Shown: positions 57,047 to 64,000 of the stretch, one piece after another
Layout: each line of letters starts with the position of its first letter
Numbering within the stretch: the first letter of the stretch is position 1
Source: Blastocystis sp. Blastoise
Taxonomy: Eukaryota > Protista > Bigyra: Opalinata
Assembly (NCBI GenBank): GCA_039096225.1
Contig: JBBPEB010000030.1
Coordinates: 558,001 to 622,000, forward strand
Length of the DNA: 64,000 nucleotides
Reading direction: 5' to 3'
Made by a program: the position numbers and the translations under genes
Notes under the pieces: generated by a model
What the model was told of the DNA's origin: nothing
Seen by the model: only the letters and a program-made list of their open reading frames with translations
The model's database searches: none

Positions 57047-57254
57047 ATTCCTATTTTTACAGTGATATTTTGTTAAATTTTATTTTTTTTTATGTTTGTT
57101 CTTTAGGATGTAAAATGTTGTCTAGTTTTATAAAATAAAAATATATACTCTATCCAAACTAACAAAATAAAAAAAATGAATAATTAAACATAAGAAACAA
57201 GGGCATATAAATGAATGTTAATAAATAAAAGTGATTCTATTTATAATGAATTAC

Positions 57255-58255
57255 TTACTCATCATTTTCAGGTTGAGGTCCTTCGCTATCACTTGATTCA
57301 TTATTACTATTACTCTCCTCTTGAGATTCTTCTTTCTCATTGTCTTTTTCTTCTTCTTTATTGTCCTCTTCTTCTTCTTTATGATCTTCTTTTTCTATGT
57401 GGTCATCTAATGTCTTTTTAGAGTCATAACCAGTAGTTTCTTCTTCTTCTTCTTCATGAGAACGTTTCATACCTTTCTAAATATATAAAGTATATATCTA
57501 TTAAATATATGCACAAAAATAAAACAATAAATGATATTTAATAAAAAGAAATATAACTAATAATATATATAGGACAATAATGATATATATATATACTAAG
57601 CCTCCATCTCCACTTGCACATCCTCTACAACCACAATAAACACATTCAACAACTGTACCCTTCTTCAATTTTGATTTTGGTACCTATATAATAAATAGTT
57701 ATATATAACAAATATAATAATAAATATTATAAAAAATATAAACATTCATATAATAAAACATCCAAATTTTATAAACATATTAATATAATAAATATTTATA
57801 ATAAACAAATAAATATTATAAATATAATAATAATTCAAATTGTAATAAATTAAAAGTATAAAACATACTCTACAAATACAAGTGGTACCAAAATTATGAA
57901 CACTGTTTTGAGCACATTTCATACAACAAAGATTTTCATAACCAGGCTTTTTCCACATAGCTACAAGAGCTGTATCTACTAACTTCTGTTTAACACAAAA
58001 GTCGTATAATTCCCTTGATATCTTTTTTTGTTTATATAATTGAAAGACGTATCTTGATCTTTGATGATGAATACGAGTAATTGGCCAAACAACCTCGTTC
58101 TTTCGTTTTCCTGTAGTAGATTCATTCTGAGCATCAAGCATCTTATTCTCGAATTCGGCCAAAGTTGGCTCAATTTCATCCCAACCCTAAGCACATAGCT
58201 ATTCTGTAATAGATTAAAATACTTCAGGGAACTTCTTTACACCAATAAATCGCAT
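57255..58255 (-). CDS. BUD31: Pre-mRNA splicing factor BUD31/G10 with an acidic C-terminal extension
   Basis: PEGWDEIEPTL, WPITRIHHQRSRY, WKKPGYENLCCMKC, CICRVP, VECVYCGCRGCASGD. Confidence 0.93.
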
Positions 58256-58659
58256 CTCCTCAAATAAATGTTTTTAAATAAAATAATAAATTTCCCATAA
58301 TTCTTCTTTGTTTCAAACACGATATTCGTTTTCTTTTCATAAATATTTTTAAATGTTGTTTTCGACGTTAATGAATGCTAATTAAGATGTATATCAATAG
58401 TAGAACATTATGAGATCACATTTGCTATAATTATGACAAAGATTGATCACTTTTTCTAAATTATTTTGAAACATTTTTACTATTATTATTGTAATAATGA
58501 TTGAAAGAAAACACTGATTTACGTCCATCCATTCTTAGTTATAGATTTTAAATAGAAATAAACAAAACCCAAAATTGAAAAAAAAAAAAAATAGAATCCT
58601 TGTATAGTTTGTTTTAAAGAGGATTCAAAATATTATTTAAAAAAAAAAATCATGGATGA

Positions 58660-60578
58660 TTACTTCCATTGTCTAGTTTGCCAGCAATGATTGACAGGTC
58701 CTTGTCTTCCTTTACCAATATGTAAATAACGACTTTCTTTCAAACAATTACTGATATATTGTTTTGCTAATTCAACACTCTTTTGAATTGTGTTTCCAAG
58801 TGCAAAATATGCAGAAATAGACGAAGCTAAAGTACATCCAGTTCCATGAGTATTACGAGTATATATATAAGGAGAAGAATAAGTATAATATTGATCTTCT
58901 GATGATATATATAAAACATCTATAGCTTCTAATAACTCATTATTATGTCCTCCTTTAATAAGTACACATTTGGATCCAAAAGAACTCAGTTCTTTCGCTG
59001 CTTTCTTCATCTCCTCTATATCATGACTTATGGGATGACCTAATAAGAACTCAGCCTATATATATTATATATAAGATAAATAAAAATTATCTTTGATATA
59101 AAAATGAATACTATATTTCTATATATATACTTCGGGTTTATTAGGAGTAATGAGATAAGCTCGAGGAAGAAGATTCTTTTTAAGTGAATCAACTGCATCT
59201 TCCTTTAAAAGACTATCACCACTATATATACATATATATATATAGATATATATCCATATGAAAATATAAAGTAATCAAATAATATCTATTCAATAATAAC
59301 ATAATAATATATATATACCTCGTAGCAATCATGACAGGATCTACTACTACTTTAGTAACATGATATTTATCGATCATATTACATACTACATCAATCACTT
59401 CTTTTGTTCCTAACATCCCTGTCTTCATCACATCTGTACCTATATCGCTGAGAACACAATCGAATTCTTCTTCAATAAAGGACATTGGAGGAACATGAAT
59501 ATCTTTCACACCTTGAGTATTTTGAGCAGTTAAAGCAACAATTACATTTGTACTGAATACACCAATGGCCGTACAAGATTTAAGATCTGCTTGGATACCT
59601 GCACCACCGCCAGAATCACTTCCCGCCACAATACAAACGGAGGGAACAGAAGGATAAGATTGTTTGGAATAATAATGACCTCCAATAAATGTAAATCCAA
59701 TTTCATACCAATTCTCTACTACATAAATCGTCTTCTTAGCAAATTCTTTAGGTGCTTTTCCTCCAACTAATCTATAGAGAGACATTACAGTATATCCAAG
59801 TTGTTTCATTATCTTCTGATCCTCTACAGAAGGACGTACCCAAAGAAGGAACTCACTTCCACTCTCAATTCCCACGAATATATCAGGAATACTTGGACCA
59901 CTAATATATACACGATCCTTTAAGGATTTATCTTGTTCTTCTTGTCTTCCATCTTGAATATGAAGAGCATACTCCTTACCTATCGATAAGAAACGAGATA
60001 TACCTTTATATTCTTCCTATATTATAAACATATAGAGATATATATAGAATAATAATAAATAATAAATAAAAATAATATAAATAAAAAATAAAAATAAATA
60101 AATCATAAATAAAAAATACATACAGTAGTAAGAGTATAAGGATTAGGAATAGTTTGAATGGATTTCATGATTTCTTGGAATACACTCTCTTCAATAGGCT
60201 TGCCTTCTTCAACACCTTTACTCTTTAAAAGACTATATATATAACATTTATATACATATATAATAATAATATAAAAATACTCTTCAATTTTCTCTTTATA
60301 ACTATTCATGGCTTCTTTCTATAATTGAATATATAAATAATATTACATTGAATCATATATATATAATAACACTAATATAATAAAGAAAATAATAAATATA
60401 CATTAAGAGTATAATTAAAGAAAGCATTCTTATGGATGAATATATTTTGAAGAACTTGAGTCGTCCAAAGAGGAGATACGCCACTTTGCTGATTAAAGAA
60501 CTCATATTCTAAACGCATAGCCTCACTGTAGTAATGATATAAAGAATCTATATCATCCTATATAATAATAATAATAAT

Positions 60579-60627
<49 letters not shown>

Positions 60628-61302
60628 AGGAAGTCTATCAATAGCATCATTTAAAGCAATACAAGTACCCTATATAATATTATATATAATAAACAAAGCA
60701 TAAAGTCTATAAGAATATACAGCCATTTGGTCTCCAGAATAACATTCTCTCCATTCAGTATACTGATGTCTAGGCAAATCTTTAAAAACATTAGTTAAAA
60801 ATTCTCCAATAAACCAATATAATCTACCACAAGGATTAATAGCAGCAGTAACATCAGCCACAGTTTTTTGTTCATAAGCTTCAGTAAGTAAATTAGTATA
60901 ATCTAAAGTAGGATCTAATGGTTTCAAACTATTCAACGACACATTTCGTTCTTTAGCACGAGCTTCATGATGTTCACGTTCATCAATAGATCCTTTTGCC
61001 CATTCTTTAAAATCTTTAGCAAGATCAGCAAATCCAAGTTTTTCACACATTTCACTGGCTTTCAAATAAGCTTTTTCGTACACAAGTAAATAGAAGTAAT
61101 CTTGATTCAAATATTCAACGAAACTACTTTGAGGGAGATTACCATGGCCTAATCCAACAACAAAAGGACAATATCTAATGATTTACAAAAACAAATTAAA
61201 TATTATAGAAAAAAAAAATAACTATTTGTATATAATATACAGTGATGCATAAGCGTCTTCTAAACAAGCGTTCCAAAAGGAAGTACCTTTATTTTCAGTC
61301 AT
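58660..61302 (-). CDS. Thiamine-salvage fusion: TenA (thiaminase II-like) - degenerate HAD-like domain - ThiD (HMP/HMP-P kinase)
   Basis: TenA: [11 protein letters not shown]...[30 protein letters not shown]. ThiD: [56 protein letters not shown]. All exons chain in frame. Confidence 0.88.
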
Positions 61303-61715
61303 TTCTAGAAAAGAAAGAATAAAATAAATTTTTGATTGACATGCAAATAAAAAGATTGGTTCCAAAAAAAATCTCCTTTTCTCTAAATAGATGACACACA
61401 TGTCATGTATTCTCCTCTTTAATTTTGTCTTTATTCTAAGGAAAAGATTGGATAAATTTCATTTATAATTTTAATTTTTGTATTACATATTTTTTTATCC
61501 AATGAAATAGCAAAGTATCTTAGTACTCTATGAATAATATAATATATAAAATAGGAGAGAAATGACGTTTCATTTTTCTCCCTTTAAAAAAAATAAAGTT
61601 GTGTGATTTCTTTTTCATATAAGAAAACAAATAAAAAATGAATACATAATAAACATATAATAGAGTTACAAAAAAAAAAGAGATAAAAAAATGTAGTATA
61701 TAAGATATAAAAAAA

Positions 61716-64000
61716 TTATTCTTGTTTTTCAGAATTTTCTTTAGGAATTTCTTTAGGTTCTTCTTCAACTTGATTTTCTTTTTCTTCTTCAACCTTTTCT
61801 TCTTTTTCTTCAACCTTTTCTTCTTTTTCTTCAACTTTTTCTTTTTCTTCAACTTTTTCAATCTTAGGTTTTCTGAACATACTGAATAATATATAAGAGA
61901 TACAATAAGCAATACAAAGAGTACTGAATATTTTAATACTCATATCAATAATATAATCACGTTCTTCATTATGTTCCCATTGTAAAAGATCATCAACAGA
62001 ATGGCTAATAAATTGACTGAAAGTAAGAGATTTAGGTTTCTTGGAATCTTTTCCTTCAGTAAAAGGATTTTCAATAGCTTTTTTAACTTTGAAAGTTTGA
62101 GTAGCAAATAATTTAGCACAATTCTTATCATGTGTAATCATAATATTATCAAAACCAATATTACTGTTCATAGCCCAAATTTCAAAAGCAATAGCACCAA
62201 TAGGTTCAATTTCTTGAGGATTGGATAATACATAATAATCAGGGTTAGGGATTTCACGAGGAGCCCAAGGTCCTTTATAATCAGGATTAGGTATAGTAGG
62301 AGCATGCCAAATACCCTTATATTTAGGATTTTTAATTTGAGGTCTTTCCCATTTTCCACAGCCATGTATTTCACATTCAGGATTAGGAATAGAAGGAGGT
62401 TCAAAAGTACCATCAAGTTCTTCATCCCAATCTTCAGGTATAGAAACAGAAGGATCAGGAATCATTGTAGGACCTTCTTCTAACCAATCCTCAGGTTGAG
62501 TAGCAGTAATATCTTCGATATATTCAGGTTCAGATTCATCCCAATCTTCAGGTTTAACAGCATCAGGATCAGCAATAACTGCATCATCAACCCAATTAGC
62601 AGGCTTTACATCTTCAGGATCAGGAATAATCTATATATATATATATATATATATTAATAATAATATAAGAAATAGATATCAAAATAAAAATAGAGTATAA
62701 AAGAACTATATTTTAATTTTTAAAAATGATATTATTTTCTTTAAATATAGCAATACTTGAATCTCCTTTATTTTATCTTAATAACAATATGTTATTAAAA
62801 AATAAGAAGTTAGTATTATTGCAAGAAAGATGTGATTGAAATATATATATAAATTAATATATAAAAATATATTACAAATAATAACAATATATATATATAT
62901 ATATATACTTTACTAGGATTAAAAGAAGGTATAAAATCTTTAGCGAAATCACCACTATAAACAGCTCTCTGATCAACTTGAATTTCAATACCTCCATTCT
63001 TACGAATAATAAGGGTATAAAGATGAGTTTTATCATCTAAAAAATAAGAAAGAGTTAGAAGTTTTTGTTATTTATTAATTATATATATAGATATATGCTA
63101 TATTATATTATATTATATTATATTATATTATATTATATTATATACCCACAACAACCTTAGGAGTATTTTGTAAGTGATGTTCAACCCATTTTTTAGATAC
63201 AGGATTATAATGTTGAACTATAACATGAACCTACAAATATATAATAAATATATAATAAATAGATAATAAATAAATAATAAATAGATAATAAATAGATAAT
63301 AAATATATAATAAATAGATAATAAATATATAATAAATAGATAATAAATATATAATAAATAAATAATAAATATATAATAAATATATAATAAATAGATAATA
63401 AATATATAATAAATAGATAATAAATAGATAATAAATATATAATAAATAGATAATAAATAGATAATAAATAGATAATAAATAGATAATAAATATAAATATA
63501 ATTTAAAAAAACATAAAAAATAAAACACATATCTACCTTATTTGTTTCACCACAAAAATCAGGGCCAAACATAATAGAGAAAGGAGAATTTTCTTTAAGT
63601 TCATAACCATTATCAATAGCTCCTTCACGTAATAATTTCATATAAGCACCACTACAAGTAACACCCTTTTGATATCTAACTTCATATTGAATAATAAGAT
63701 CCTTATTCTTATTTTCAATAGGTTTTTCTAATACAGTAGCAATACCATAACGTTGAGCTTCAGAAGTAGTAAATAATCCTTTATCACATTCAATAGAAGG
63801 TTTAGTTACACCATAACCATGACTCCATTGTTGACCAGAATACATATTATCTGAAGAATATACCCATTTACCAAGTTGACTAATATCTTCTTGGAAAGTT
63901 TCTAAGAATTCATAAGAACAAGTTAAAGTATCAGGTTCATAAGGTACACATTTATAAGTAGAGGCATCAAAGTCATTTTCATCAGTATAAATTTTTCCTT
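61716..64000 (-). CDS. CANX: Calnexin (5' end beyond the window)
   Basis: LIIQYEV, CSGAYMKL, IMFGPDFCG, P-domain repeats (IPDPEDVKPANW, KPEDWDE, GKWERPQIKNPKYKG), AIAFEIW, C-terminal TM and acidic tail. Confidence 0.93.
63240..63500. repeat. 12-nt AT-rich minisatellite in a calnexin intron
   Basis: About 20 copies of ataataaata(g/t/a)a. Confidence 0.85.

Noticed and set aside
57093-57100. TGTTTGTT motif suggesting Blastocystis-style stop codons created by polyadenylation
   Set aside because: The motif is present downstream of some genes, but every gene end I traced has a complete genomic stop codon.
61303-61715. Possible TPP riboswitch near the thiamine gene
   Set aside because: No CUGAGA/ACCUG core or GC-paired stems seen in the upstream region or introns.

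Overview
Very AT-rich, intron-dense eukaryotic nuclear DNA using the standard genetic code. The gene set and the presence of minor-class introns are compatible with a Blastocystis-like stramenopile, but that is inference only. I can support 18 spliced protein-coding genes: DEAD-box helicase copy A, dymeclin, a large HEAT/ECM29-like protein, a tetraspanin, a ~2,700-aa tail-anchored coiled-coil protein, PITP, a fucosyltransferase-like GT, YLPM1-like, MSH5, a UBL protein, a class IV aminotransferase, a RING-PZP-BRCT (BRCA1-like) protein, an F-box-like protein, CDC23/APC8, DEAD-box helicase copy B, BUD31, a TenA-(degenerate HAD)-ThiD fusion and a 5'-partial calnexin. Most short ORFs in the supplied track are read-throughs of microsatellite-filled introns. 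Main highlight: the two helicase copies are an inverted, nearly identical duplication ~52 kb apart, yet they differ reciprocally by six precisely present/absent short introns. Other highlights are two AT-AC (U12-type) introns, introns made only of GT(AT)nAG, and the three-domain thiamine-salvage fusion. Exon boundaries were read by eye and need RNA-seq confirmation.
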